Positions 23,917 to 36,374 are shown, counted from the first letter of the stretch. The stretch is 64,000 nucleotides of DNA from Octopus sinensis (GCF_006345805.1 NC_043021.1:20646001-20710000); one strand, 5' to 3'. Notes: generated by a model not told the origin, from the sequence alone. Program-made: numbers and translations.

Positions 23917-24232
23917 GTAATAATGGAATTTTAAAGAAATTTCTGTCGACCTTTTTTCGAGTAGCGTGCGTATTGTGAAAAAATTATTTGGTTAATGGAC
24001 AATATGTCCAATTTTTCGGCATATTTGGTATTAGAAATTTTTTAGTTTGCCCTTATTTATGAATTGTTTATAAATTTAACCTTTAAAGGTATTTTTTAAT
24101 ATGCTGGCCATTGATAAAATCTTTTTCCAAAAAAATGTTATCCTACATTAGATATATATATATATATATATCCATCTGTATACATTCTATCTATTCTATA
24201 TGTTCATAACTCAACACATACAACATCTTTAC

Positions 24233-24404
24233 CTTCAATTATGCTTTTGGCTGATATCATCTGGACATCATGAACTCTGGTGTCAAGAGAAGAGGTCAAA
24301 CTTTCCATCAACATAGACAATGAGGTCTCTCCACAACCTTCCCCGTTGTAGACATACACAGTCTTCTTATTCAGTGTTGGTGACATGATCTTATAGAGAC
24401 GTTG
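24233..24404 (-). CDS. Stand-alone BPL_N (GATase1-like) protein, first coding exon (ATG at 24386)
   Basis: Encodes MSPTLNKKTVYVYNGEGCGETSLSMLMESL...SIIE, matching the BPL_N N-terminal 'V.VYNG.G' pattern. Acceptor tttttttcAG at 24406-24405; phase-1 donor G|GTAAAG at 24232. The 18 nt between acceptor and ATG are open in frame, so an upstream exon (UTR or coding) should exist. Confidence 0.85.
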
Positions 24405-24436
24405 CTGAAAAAAAGAAATTTACGAAACGTAATTAA

Positions 24437-24657
24437 CCCTTTAGCATTTAAACCGGCCATATCTGGCCAAAAGTATTCTGCTTGTTTTATGTTCAAACTG
24501 GCCAGATCTGGTCTCTCACACCAACCCTACAATATCGTTTTAAAAGTTAACAGCTACCTCATCAAAATCTCACAGATACAAGATAATGCATGATTAGTTC
24601 AAAACAATGCGGATAAAAAAGCATTAATTTTGGCAGAATAATGCAAACACTAAAGGG
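24437..24657. mobile_element. piggyBac-type MITE
   Basis: TTAA|CCCTTTAG ... CTAAAGGG|TTAA. A diverged sister copy lies at 24692-24909, also TTAA-flanked. Confidence 0.75.
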
Positions 24658-25140
24658 TTAAGTCTCTCAGATCTAATCTTTGCAAATTTAACCTTTCAGC
24701 ATTCAAACTGACCACACCCGGCCGAAATAGTCTTCTTCTTTTATGTTCACATTGTCCAGATATTACCTGTAATACCAACCCTACATTATCATTCTAAAAA
24801 TTAATAATTACCTCATTAAAATCTCCCAGCTACAAGATAATGTGTAATTAATTCAAAACAATGAATAAAAAAGCATTAATTTCGACAGAATAATGTGAAT
24901 TGTGAAGGGTTAAATAAAAATTTTATCATGCATCTTGTGAACAACATTTAGTTAAATGTATCCAACCAGACATTCAACAGATCACTGCATTTATGATGAC
25001 AACAGTAACAAGGGATTGCTTGTATAACTTGTACAAAACAATTATATATATATATATATATATTTACACACACACACATATATATATATACATAGATGTA
25101 TATATATACATATACACACACATAATATATACATATAGAT

Positions 25141-25172
<32 letters not shown>

Positions 25173-25178
25173 TATATA

Positions 25179-25227
<49 letters not shown>

Positions 25228-25309
25228 CATATATACCTACATATATACACCAATGCTTACATCTTTCACTAATATACATTGCTGAGACACACAGACATTA
25301 ATACATAGG

Positions 25310-26197
25310 AGGCAACTGGCACTTGTGCCAGTGACATGTAAGATGTACCTGTCAAGCATTGGGCCTCATGAGACGATAGCCCCGTGGCCTATGCCAGGAG
25401 TGTAACTAGCCCACTTATGCGTACCCTTCTTTCATTGGACACTAAACTCTGCTTGCGAAGACCTGTTGAGGCAAGTGAAATCGAAATCAAATTCGATGAC
25501 TGGCATCCGTGCTAGTGGAGCGCTAAGAGCTCCATCCGAGTGTGATCGTTGCCAGAGCAACAAACTGGCTTCCGTGCCAGTGGCATGTAAAAAGCACCAT
25601 TCGACCGTGATCGTTACCAGCGTCGCCTTACTGGCACTTGTGCCGGTGGCACATGAAAAAACATTCGAGCAAGATTATTGCCAGTACCGCCTGACTGGCC
25701 CGCATGCTGGTGGCACATAAAAGCACCCACTACACTCTCGGAGTGGTTGGCGTTAGGAAGAAACTGTAGAAACTCTGCCAGATCAAGATTGGAGCCTGGT
25801 ACAGCCATCTGGTTCACCTGTCCTCAGTCAAAATCATCCAACCTATGCTAGCATGGAAAGCAGACATTAAACGAAGATATATATATATATATATATATCA
25901 TCATTATCATCATTATCATCATTTAGCGTCCGCTTTCCATGCTAGCATGGGTTGGATGGTTCAACTGGGGTCTGGGAAGCCAGAAGGCTACACCAGGCCC
26001 AGTCTGATCTGGCAATGTTTCTACGGCTGGATGCCCTTCCTAATGCCAACCACTCCGTGAGTGTAGTGGGTGCTTTTTACGTGCCAGACGAGGCTGGCAA
26101 ACGGCCACGGACGGATGGTGCTTTTTATGTGCCACCGGCACGGGGGGCCGGTCGGGGCGGCACTGGCAACAGCCACGGTCGGATGGTGCTTTTTACG

Positions 26198-26200
<3 letters not shown>
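25310..26200. mobile_element. Two RTE 3'-UTR copies, tail-to-tail (~25310-25875 +, ~25905-26200 -)
   Basis: Both carry the GCATGGAAAGC terminal block and GTGGCAC..AAAAAGCACC units. Confidence 0.75.
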
Positions 26201-26257
<57 letters not shown>

Positions 26258-26264
26258 AACCAAG

Positions 26265-26396
26265 AAATGGCTTTGACGAAAGTAGCATTAATTTTCTGAG
26301 GTTGTTCAATATGACTCAATTGATCAACAAACCAGTTGAGTAAATCTATCAATAATGTACCTATAATTACCACTGGAAACAGCTGTAAGCCAAATT
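26265..26396 (+). ncRNA. Type I hammerhead motif HHR-E with 96-nt stem II (C3U mutant)
   Basis: Stem I AAATGGCT / AGCCA(AA)TTT; TTGACGA 26273-26279; GAAA 26376-26379; palindrome ACAGCTGT; GUA 26385-26387. Confidence 0.65.
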
Positions 26397-26741
26397 TGCC
26401 CCAATAAAAGAATAATATGAAATGACCGTTATTTTTAACTTGTTTCGTTCATATAACATAATTGTTATTGTTTAAAGGAGTCTGATTTGGGCCCCTGGAA
26501 CTTAAAGCTTCACAGGCTTCCTACAGGAACTTATCTCATTGGGCCCTGCTGATCACTGAACTAGGTTCATGATTATGATCCCAAGAGCTAGGTTCCTGTA
26601 GTAAGCCTAAGTTGCATGGGGCCAAATTAAACTACACCTAAATGTACTGAGTGCCTCTTTCTTTCACTTGTTCACTCACTCATCTGTGTGCTTGTGTGTG
26701 TGTGAGTGTGTATGTATGTATGTATATATATATATATATAT

Positions 26742-29700
26742 ATATCATCATCGTTTAACGTCCGTTTTCCGTGCTAGCACGGGTTGGACGGTTCGACCGG
26801 GGTCTGGGGAGCCAGGAGCTGCTCCAGGCTCCAGTCTGATCTGGCAGTGTTTCTACAGCTGGATGCCCTTCCTAACGCCAACCACTCCGCGAGTGTAGTG
26901 GGTGCTTTTTACGTGCCACCTGCACAGGTGCCAGAGGGGTCTGGCATCAGCCACGATCGGTTGGTGCTTTGTATGTGCCACCGGCACAGAAGCCAGTTGA
27001 GGCTGCACTGGCAACGGCCACATTTGGATGGTGCTTTTCATGTGTCACCGGCACAGGTATCACAACTACTGTTTCCATTGATATTTGGTTCGATGTTCAT
27101 GTACATGCACTTGACTCAACAGGTCTCCTCAAGCACAGCGAGATGTTCCGGGATCCAAGGTACTTTGAATGGGCAGGGGTTATGCGGAACTGGTGCCGGA
27201 AGCATCCCGGGTCTTAGTAGTCACAGCACATCTCCAGAGATCTTGGTCCTTCGCCATTGCCTCTGTGAGGCCCAACGCTCTGAGGTCATGCTTGACTACC
27301 TCATCCCATGTCTTCCTGGGTCTACCTCTCCCCCTGATTCCTTCAACTGTTCGGGAGTGGCACTTCTTCACACATCTCTTCTCATCCATCCGCAGTACAT
27401 GACCATACCATCGCAAGCGTCGCTCTGGCACACCACATCTGATGCTTCTTATGCCTAGCATTTCTCTCAGGGTGCTTACACTCTGTCGTGCATTCACACT
27501 GACATTACACATCCAGCGGATCATGCTAGCTTCATTTCTTTCAAGTCTACGCATGTCCTCTGCAGTCACGGCCCATGTTTCACTGCCGTGGAGCATGGCA
27601 GTTCGCACACATGCATCATACAATCTACCTTTCACTCTGAGTGAGAGACCCTTTGTCGCCAGTAGGGGTAGGAGCTTTCTAAACTTTGCCCAGGCTATTC
27701 GTGTTCTAGTGGTGACACTCTCTGAGCATCCACCCCCACTACTAACTTGGTCACCCAGGTAGCGGAAACTATCAACTACTTCTAGTTTCTCCCCCTGGAG
27801 TGTGATGGAATCTGTTTTCTGAGTGTCTGTGGTGTCTATTGTCCCTGTGCATTTGCCGCACATGAAAGCTATCTTATCAGTTAATTTCCCTTTGATGTTG
27901 CTGCACCTCTTATGTGTCCATAGCTTACACTGGGTGCATCTTATGGAGTTTCTACCTACACCTTTCCTACAGCTCGAGCAGGGCCACCTGCCCGATGAGG
28001 TGTGTGCTGAGTTTGCCTTTCTGCATACTATAATTTTGGTCTTCGCTACAATTACTCTAAGGCCCTTTGATTCTAACCCTTGTTTCCACACCCGAAATTT
28101 CTTTTTTAGTTCCGGTAGTGATTCTGCAATGAGGGCCAGGTTATCAGCATAGAGGAGCTCCCAGGGGCAACCTGTTTTGAATTCCTCTGTTATTGCCTGG
28201 AGGACTATGATGAATAAAAGGGGACTGAGGGCTGAGCCCTGGTGTACACCTACTTCTACCCGGAATTCTTCACTATATTCGTTGCCAATCCTAACCTTGC
28301 TGACAGCCTCTCTGTATAGAGCCTGTACAGCCCTTATTAGCCATTCGTCAATCAACAGTTTCCGCATCAACCACCAGATAAGGGATCGGGGAACCCTGTC
28401 AAAGGCTTTCTCCAAGTCCACAAAAGCTATGTAGAGGGGTTTATCTTTAGCTAGGTACTTCTCCTGCAGTTGTCGGACCAGGAATATAGCATCAGTGGTG
28501 CTTCTACCCGGCACAAAACCGAACTGCATCTCATCTAAGCAAATTCTCTCCCTAATAAGATGGGTTATGACCCTCTCTGTGGCCTTCATCACTTGATCCA
28601 ACAGTTTAATACCCCTGTAGTTTTTCTATCTAGAGCATCGCCCTTACCCTTGTAGCAGTTGACTATGGTGCTGCTGCACCAGTCATTGGGTATGACTCCA
28701 TTGTGAACTACCTGGTTTACAATGCGGGTGACTAGGCATAGCCCACATAACCAGCTGTTTTAAGCATCTCAGCAGTGATACCTGATGGGCCGGGGGCTTT
28801 ACCTGGTTTCATATCCTTAATTGCCTTAACTACAAGGGAGCTGTCTATTTGGATAGCTGGCCCCTCTACTGGGTCAACATTTGGCAGGCTCTCCTCCTCC
28901 CATTCATTCTCCACATTCAGCAGTCTTTCATAATGGCTTCTCCAAGCCTCTTTCTTTTCACCAACATTAAAAGCAAGTGCCCCATCATCCATGCGGACAC
29001 ATTTCTCTCCTGTAACATCACTATTTTCTCTCACACACTGTCTAGCAATACGAAATACCTCAGTTCTTTGGTCCTCACGTCACTGGACATTGGCAAACTT
29101 CTTCTTTTCTGCTATATCTTTGGCTATGTATACCTGCCGCCCGGCCTCCCTTTTGGCTACTTGGTACGGTTCCCTGCTACCCCCATCCCTCCAGGCCTGT
29201 TTCTTTGAACTAATGGCTTTGTCTACTGCACTATTCCACCACGTAACTCTAGGTCTGGAAGGAACTTTGCACCATCCACAGACTTGGTATGTGGCACTCA
29301 GCAAGCTGTCCCGTAGGAATTTCCAGCTACCTTCTATGTCCGACATCGGTAGCTCCTCCTCCCTCTCATCAAATTTCTTGATGAGGATGTCTCTAAATCT
29401 CTGACCATGTGAAGGGTTCTTTAGCTTCCAAATCCTTCTTTTCTGGATTGGTCTGTTTCTTGGAGTCCTTCTGGCCTCAAGCCTAAAGTCACTAGTTATT
29501 AGCCTATGCTGAGGGATACACTCTTCACCCGGGAGGGTCTTTGTATTTAAGAGCGACCCTGCATCCCACTGTCTGGTGAGGATGAAGTCTATTTGGCTAG
29601 CGGAGTCCCCTGACTGATAAGTTATAAGGTGGCAGTCAGGCTTCCTGAAGTTAGTGTTGCAGATTAAAAGGTTACATGCATCACAGAATTCCAGTAGTCT

Positions 29701-30340
29701 AGTTCCCTCCTCATTTCTGGTGCCAATACCATGGCCACCGTGAACCCCAGTGAAGATACCCGATTCCTGCCCAACATGCCCATTAAAGTCTCCACCCACA
29801 AAGATGAGGTCCTTGCCACTAGTCTTTGAGGTAGCCTGTAGAAGGGTATCATAAAAGTGGTCCTTCTGATCATTTGGTAGGCCCGCTTGTGGGGCATAGG
29901 CGGAGATAATCGTAGATGTGCCACTCTGTAGGACTAACCTGAGCTTAAGCACTCTATCCCAAACCCTGACAACCTCTATGACCTTATCCACCCATTTCTC
30001 TGCAAGGAGAATGCCTACACCCCCTACCCCATCCATGTTACCTTGCCAGAAGACTTTATACCTATGTGCCTTGCCTGTGAGGACCCTAGCTGAAGCACCT
30101 CTCCACCTTACCTCTTGTATGCAGCATACATCAACCCGTCTTCTCTCAAGCATCTCTACAATCTCACTAGACCTACCTTTCAGTGTACCAACACTGACAG
30201 TGCCAACTCTGAAAACTGGGAAGGAGATGTGGGGGGGAGGGGTGCAATTCGGCACCTGAAAAGAAGAGGGTTGTTGTGGTGGCAGTGAACGATTTTTAGG
30301 CATTTTCGTCTGATCTCTCTTCTGACCTGACAACATTCAA
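26742..30340 (-). mobile_element. Near full-length inactive RTE-clade LINE (APE endonuclease + RT)
   Basis: Endonuclease motifs VCCIQEVRWRG, IISAYAPQ, GGDFNGHVG, QIDFIL, PQHRL. RT motifs [40 protein letters not shown] (YADD mutated). In-frame stop at 29080-29082 and frameshifts near 28735 and 28620. The 3' UTR and (GAT)n tail end at ~26742; the 5' UTR may extend to ~30960. Confidence 0.95.
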
Positions 30341-31075
30341 GCATTTAGGCATGTTAAGGTTCTGGCCCCTGCGGTAGGCAGGATCAGGTGTTAGCAGCAT
30401 TGTAAGCACAAGCATTAAAGTCATTGATGGTGTAGATGTAATCTCTGTGGTAGAAATACTGAAATTCTAGGTGTTAGTAGTATTCTAAGCAAGCATTATG
30501 GTCATTGAGCGACGTGGTTTAAGCAGTGTAGCAGAAACATGGATATTCTAGAGATGGGCTGGGGGGTGGGGTGGGGTTCTAGCAGGGAGGTGAGAGAGTG
30601 AGGGGGATGGGGAGAGGGTGCAGGTAATATAGGGTAGCACCAGTGGGGAGGGGTGTTAGGAGAAACGATGACAGGTTCTAGACAAAATAGAACATAGGAT
30701 ATCACGAGAGGGGTAATACATGGTGAAATAGCGTATTGAAGAGGGGGGTTCGAGGAGTAGACACCCATAATGGTGGTGGGAGAAGGGATATCCGGTATAG
30801 ATGGAGAAAAATATAGAGATATCCGGTATTGGTGGTGGGGGTGGGCAAGGGCGGGTGCACCGCGAATGGCAAAGTTTGATACAGGGGAGAGTGAAGACTT
30901 GAACGGGCAAATTATCATAGAGGGCGAAGACAAAGTAACATGAAGAAAGGGAGAAATTATTAGCACATAAAAATGAAAGGATATTTTGGGAAGACGATGT
31001 CAACTGCTTAGCTCACGTAAAGAAACAAGTGTATTAGTATTAGTATATATATATATTATATATATATATACATAC

Positions 31076-32165
31076 ATACTCTTTTACTTGTTTCAGTCAT
31101 TTGACTGCTGCCATGCTGGAGCACCGCCTTTAATCAAGGAAATTGACCCCAGGCCTTATTCTATCAGTCACTTTTGCCAAACAGCTAGGTTACGGGGACA
31201 TGAACACACTAGCATTGGTTGTCAAGCGATGTTGGGTGGGGAAACACAAATATATACATATACATATATACAACGGGCTTCTTTCAGTTTCCGTCTACCA
31301 AATCCACTCACAGGGCTTTGGTCGGCCCGAGGCTTATAGTAGAAGACACTTGCCCAAGGTGCCACGCAGTGGGACTGAACCTGGAACCATGTGGCTGGTA
31401 AGCAAGCTATTTACCACACAGCCACTCCTGCACCTATATATATATATGGTGACCAGTTATAGTCACAATTTTGGCTAGGAAAAACCTCACAATAAATTTA
31501 GGGGATCCAGACAAAAACCAGCTAGGACAAACCCCCGTGACATTGTTTCCTGTGACCTTTTTTGACCTGGATTCATATATATACACACACACACAGAGTT
31601 GAAAAGGGGTTAAGAGTTCATACAAATCAAAAATTATGGTTAAAAAAGTAAAAAAAAGTTGGAAAAGGAAAATTTTAGAAGATGTTTAATATTTTTGTTA
31701 CAGTGAGTGATTTAAAAAAATACCAGTTTTAATGTATCCATCTTATCAAATATCAAAAAGAATTTTTGGGGAAATATGTTGCTTATGAACCACATGGTTC
31801 CGGGTTCAGTCCCACTGAGTGGCACCTTGAGCAAGTGTCTTCTACTATAGCCTTGGGCCAATCAAAGCCTTGTGAGTGGATTTGGTAGATGGAAACTGAA
31901 AGAAGCCTGTTAAATATATGTGTGTATATATATATATATATGCATGTATGTGTGAGTATATGTTTGCGTGTCTGTGTTTGTCCCCCCCCCCAACATCGCT
32001 TGGCAACCAATGCTGGTGTGTTTACATGCCCATAACTTAGTGGTTCGGCAAAAGAGACCGATAGAATAAGTACTAGGTTTACAAAGAATAAGTCCTGGGG
32101 TCAATTTCCTCACCTAAAGGCGGTGCTCCAGCATGGCCACAGTCATATGACTGAAACAAGTAGAG
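31076..32165. mobile_element. Two CORE-type SINEs (31076-31435 -, 31785-32165 +)
   Basis: Same family as 9186-9573. Confidence 0.8.
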
Positions 32166-32507
32166 AGAAAGTTTGAACCCATGTTTTAGTGCATAGTGAA
32201 ATCCTACTTCAGGGACACTTGTTGTTATGTACCTTTTAGTCTATGTAGGATTAGGATGGGGGTTCAAGTTTCAGGAACTCTATTGAAATTGAAGAGGGAG
32301 ATTCCATTCAGGATATGGCCAGATGGAACATATTGTCTTTCTGTTGAGGGAACATGGTCTGTGGTCAAGTGGTTCTTTTTAGGGATTGTCATTTGAAGTA
32401 TTTGGAAGGAATCGTTTTTCATTTGCTGTGTGTGTGTGTTTTGTTTTGTCTGTGTGAGTGTCTATATATGTGTTGCAGGATATAGGGACGTGTCTATATA
32501 TGTGTTA

Positions 32508-33065
32508 AGGCGGCGAGCTGGCAGACAAGTTAAAGCGCCGGGCGAAATACTTAGCGGTATTTCGTCTGTCGTTACGTTCTGAGTTCAAATTCCGCCGAGG
32601 TCACGCACTGGGGTCGATGTAATCGACTTAATCCGTTTGTCTGTCCTTGTTTGTCCTCTCTGTGTTTAGCCCCTTGTGGGTAGTAAAGAAATAGGTATTT
32701 CACCTGTCTTTATGTTCCAAGTTCTAATTCCGCTGAGGTCGACTTTGCCTTTCATCCTTTCGGGGTCGATAAATTAAGTATCAGTTACGCACTGGGGTCG
32801 ATGCAATCGACTTAATCCATTTGTCTGTCCTTGTTTGTCCTCTCTGTGTTTAGCCCCTTGTGGGTAGTAAAGAAATAGATATAGGTATTTCACCTGTCTT
32901 TATGTTCCAAGTTCTAATTCCGCTGAGGTCAACTTTGCCTTTCATCCTTTCGGCGTCGATAAATTAAGTACCAGTTACGCCCTAGGGTCTATGTAATCAA
33001 CTGGATCCCTTCGTCTGTCCTTGTTTGTCCCCTCTATGTTTAGCCCCTTCTGGGTAGTAAAGAAA
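32508..33065 (+). repeat. Tandem array of Deu/Nin-type SINE units
   Basis: A full head GGCGGCGAGCTGGCAG, then repeated ~180-190-bp units (B-box, Deu domain, tail) joined at GTATTTC. Similar arrays at ~38335-38762 (-), ~53995-54378 (+) and 57988-58401 (+); monomer at ~40092-40322 (-). Confidence 0.85.
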
Positions 33066-33439
33066 TATATATATGTGTTGCAGGTTATGGCCAACTGTGA
33101 GTGGGGTTTGGGAATACAGGGTCAAAACATTTTTCTTTTTTTTTCCCTTTTTCTATTGAGAGAATATGGTCAGTGGTTAAGTGGCGTTTTTAAGGATTTG
33201 GAAGGAATTATTTTACATTTGCTTTGTTGTGTGTGTGTGTGTTGTTTTGCCTGTGTGAGTGTGTGTGCCTATGTGTGTCTCTATGTATGTGCCGTTTTTG
33301 TTTTTGGGAAATGTTTTGTATATTGTAGTGTGTGTGTGTGTGTGTGTCTTTTTGGCTTTTGGGAGAAATGTATTGTGTGTGTGTGTGCACATGCATGTGA
33401 CAGATCCTTATTTATTGATTTTGTTATTTGGGAGACAGG

Positions 33440-34430
33440 GTGGATGTGAAGCAGCTGTGACAGCAAGGGCAAGACTAGGAAATGTGGAGTATTGTTAGGT
33501 GGGAAAAGGTTCTGATTGGAGATAAAAGGAAAGGTCTATAGGAGTTGTGTGAGAGCTGCAATGCTGTATGGGAGTGAGACATGGTGTTTGAGGGAGAGAG
33601 AGAGATGGTAATTTTGAGAAGGACTGAGAGAGCAATGGTGAGAGAAATGCATGGTGGGAAGCTGTTTGATAAGAGGAGGACTGTTGACTTGATGGGGATG
33701 CTGGGTTGGAGGAATCGGTGGAATGGCTGGCAAGGGGGAATCGAGTGTGGTGGTATGTGTACGTGTTGAGGATCATGTTAATGGACGGTAGACTGGCGGT
33801 TATATCCATAGTGACCTCATTATTAAAGGTAGGGCATACCTACACAAGTATACTTCACACGAATTTGTTTCCTCATAACTTTCAGAAAAATTGGTATTGC
33901 TTTTAGTGAAATCTTTCACAAATACTTTTCGGATGGTATACATTACGATTACATCGGAATTTAATACGAACAAGAAAAACAAATGGTGACCACGCACATC
34001 ACCTATCTACAAAATGAAGTTTGAAATTTTGTAGATATAAATGGAATGTGTGTCACTTTCGTTGTTAGAGAGGGGAAGGCGGCGAGCTGGCCGAAAGGCT
34101 TACCTGACAAAGAAGGAAGATTTATGTATAAATGTTAACTATTTTATTTTCTCATTCATAGAGAGGGAGAGCAAAATATGTATGTGTATGTGGTGAGGAT
34201 CATGTTCTGAGGAGGGTGCTTGAGTTTGTGGTAAATGGATTGCAAAAGCAACGTGGAGGGGACAGGAGGAGGAGGAGATTGGGAGGGTTGGCTTGAGAAG
34301 GGAGGATGCCCCAAACCAGGCAAGATGGTGTGAGGGCAGTTGCTATGGCATTGAGGTAGATCCAGCCACCCCCATTAACGGGGACAAAACCCAGATTTAA
34401 AATACTGGATGATGATGATGATAATAGTGG
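33440..34430 (+). mobile_element. Older RTE LINE 3' fragment, interrupted at 33780-34179
   Basis: GCEAAVTARARLG, VRAAMLYGSETWCL, RRTERAMVR, EDHVLRRVLEF; ends in (GAT)n. Confidence 0.75.
33780..34179. mobile_element. Unclassified 400-bp insertion with 27-bp flanking duplication
   Basis: Flanks 33753-33779 and 34180-34206 match at 25 of 27 positions. A second copy lies at 38845-39999. Confidence 0.7.
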
Positions 34431-36374
34431 ATGTTTAGATACTTAGTTGTGACTTAAATTTGTAAAAGAATTTGGTGTGCTTATGGTTAGGGCAGCAGAC
34501 TCGCGGTCAGAGGATTGTGGTTTCAATTCCCAGACCGGGCATTGTGTGTTTATTGAGCGAAAATACCTAAAGCTCCACGAGGCAGGGGGTGATGGCAACC
34601 CTTGTTGTACTCTTTTGCCCCAACTTTCTCTCACTCTTTCTTCCTGTTTCTTGAGTAACGCTGCAATGGACTGGCGTCCCATCCAGCTGGGGGGAACACA
34701 TACGCCATAGAAACCGGGAAACTGGACCCATGAGCCTGGCTAGGCATGAAAAGGGTGCATAAAAAAACATATATATATATATGTATGTATGACTGTGGTT
34801 ATGCCATGTAAAAAGCACTCAGTCCACTCAACCCTGTATGGTTGGTATTAGGAAGGGCATCCAGCTGTAAAAACCAGCCCAAAACCATTACAGAAGTATG
34901 TTGCAGTCTTCTGCTTGGTCAGCTCCTCTCAAACTGTCCAACCCATGCTAGCATGGAAGGCAGATGTTAAACATTTGTCTGAGGTGCCACAAACCGGGAC
35001 TGAATCTGGAATTATGTATTTGGGAAGCAAATTTTTTTTTTAACTGTTTGGCTGTGCCCATGCTGTTATAAGGCATAGTTGAGAAAGGCATGCACATCAT
35101 GCAATCTCCCCTCAGTTATAAAAGAGATATAAGAAATTTGCTGTGGATTAGCAAATACATACCAAAAACTTCATTGTATAATTAACTTGGTGTGACAGAT
35201 ACCATAGATAGCAGCTATTTGTCAACTGACGTACCTGATAAATAAACAGGTAAATAAATAGAAAGATTAATTAGACAAACATGGGCAGGTGTGGCAGTGT
35301 GGTGAGGGGCTTGCTCCTAACCACATGCTCCAGGGTTCAGTCCCACTGCATCACACCTTGATCAAGTGTCTTCTGCTACAGCCTCAAGCTGAGCAGTTCA
35401 AGAATTCGGACCTGGAGATCTCCATTTCCAGCGACTTCGAGGGGCCACCTCCCAGTGGTGTCGGGCGTCAACGAAGAGCCCTCGACTACAACAAGACGAC
35501 CAAAGTTTTTTTTCTTTTTTCCATGCTGGGACACCACCTCGGAGGGTCTGGTTGAACAAATCACCCTCAGTACTTGTTTTTAAGCTATATACTTATATCA
35601 AACCCTTTTTGCTGAACTGCTAAGTGATGGGGTGTAAACAAACCAACACTGGTTGTCAAGTAGTGGTGGAAGACAAACAAATACATATACAAATAGATAT
35701 ATATGAGACAGGCTTCTTTCAGTTTCCATCTCCCGCCCCTAAGCCCTAGACCATAACCTAATCACCCTTACCCATCTTGTTGCTTAACAACAACAACAGC
35801 CTCAAACTGACCAAAGCCTTATGAGTGGATTTTGTAGACAGAAACTGGAAGAAGTCCATCATATGTGTGTGTGCGTGTTTGTGTCTGTGCTTGTCTCCCA
35901 CCACTGGTTGCCAGCCAGTGTCTGCAGGTTTACATCCCTGTAACTTAGCAGTTCAGTAAAAGACACTGATAGAATAAGTACCAAGCTCAGCAAAAACATT
36001 AAGTGCTGGGGTTGATACGTTAAACTCAAAATTCTTTCAAGGTAGTGCTCCAGTCTGGCCGCAGTCTAATGACTGAAACAAGTAAAAGATAAAAAGCAAA
36101 ACATAAACACAAACAAGGCTTTGGTCAGCCCAGGGCTGTAGTAGAAGACACCCAGTAGGACTGAACCCTGAACCATTTGGTTGGGAAGCAAGTTTTAGTC
36201 TTTGGACTGTGGCCATGCTGGGACACCACCTTGGAGGGTCTAGTTGAACAAATCACCCTCAGTACTTGCTTTTAAGCTATATACTTATATCAAACCCTTT
36301 TTGCTGAACTGCTAAGTTATGGGGTGTAAACAAACCAACACTGGTTGTCAAGCAGTGGTGGGAGACAAACAAAT

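Noticed and set aside
11901-24404. Calling the gene HLCS / biotin-protein ligase
   Set aside because: A stop codon follows the BPL_N domain and no catalytic ligase exon is recognisable in the window.
30337-30960. HDV-like ribozyme expected at RTE 5' ends
   Set aside because: I could not assign a nested double pseudoknot by eye. A descriptor search is needed, so nothing is claimed.
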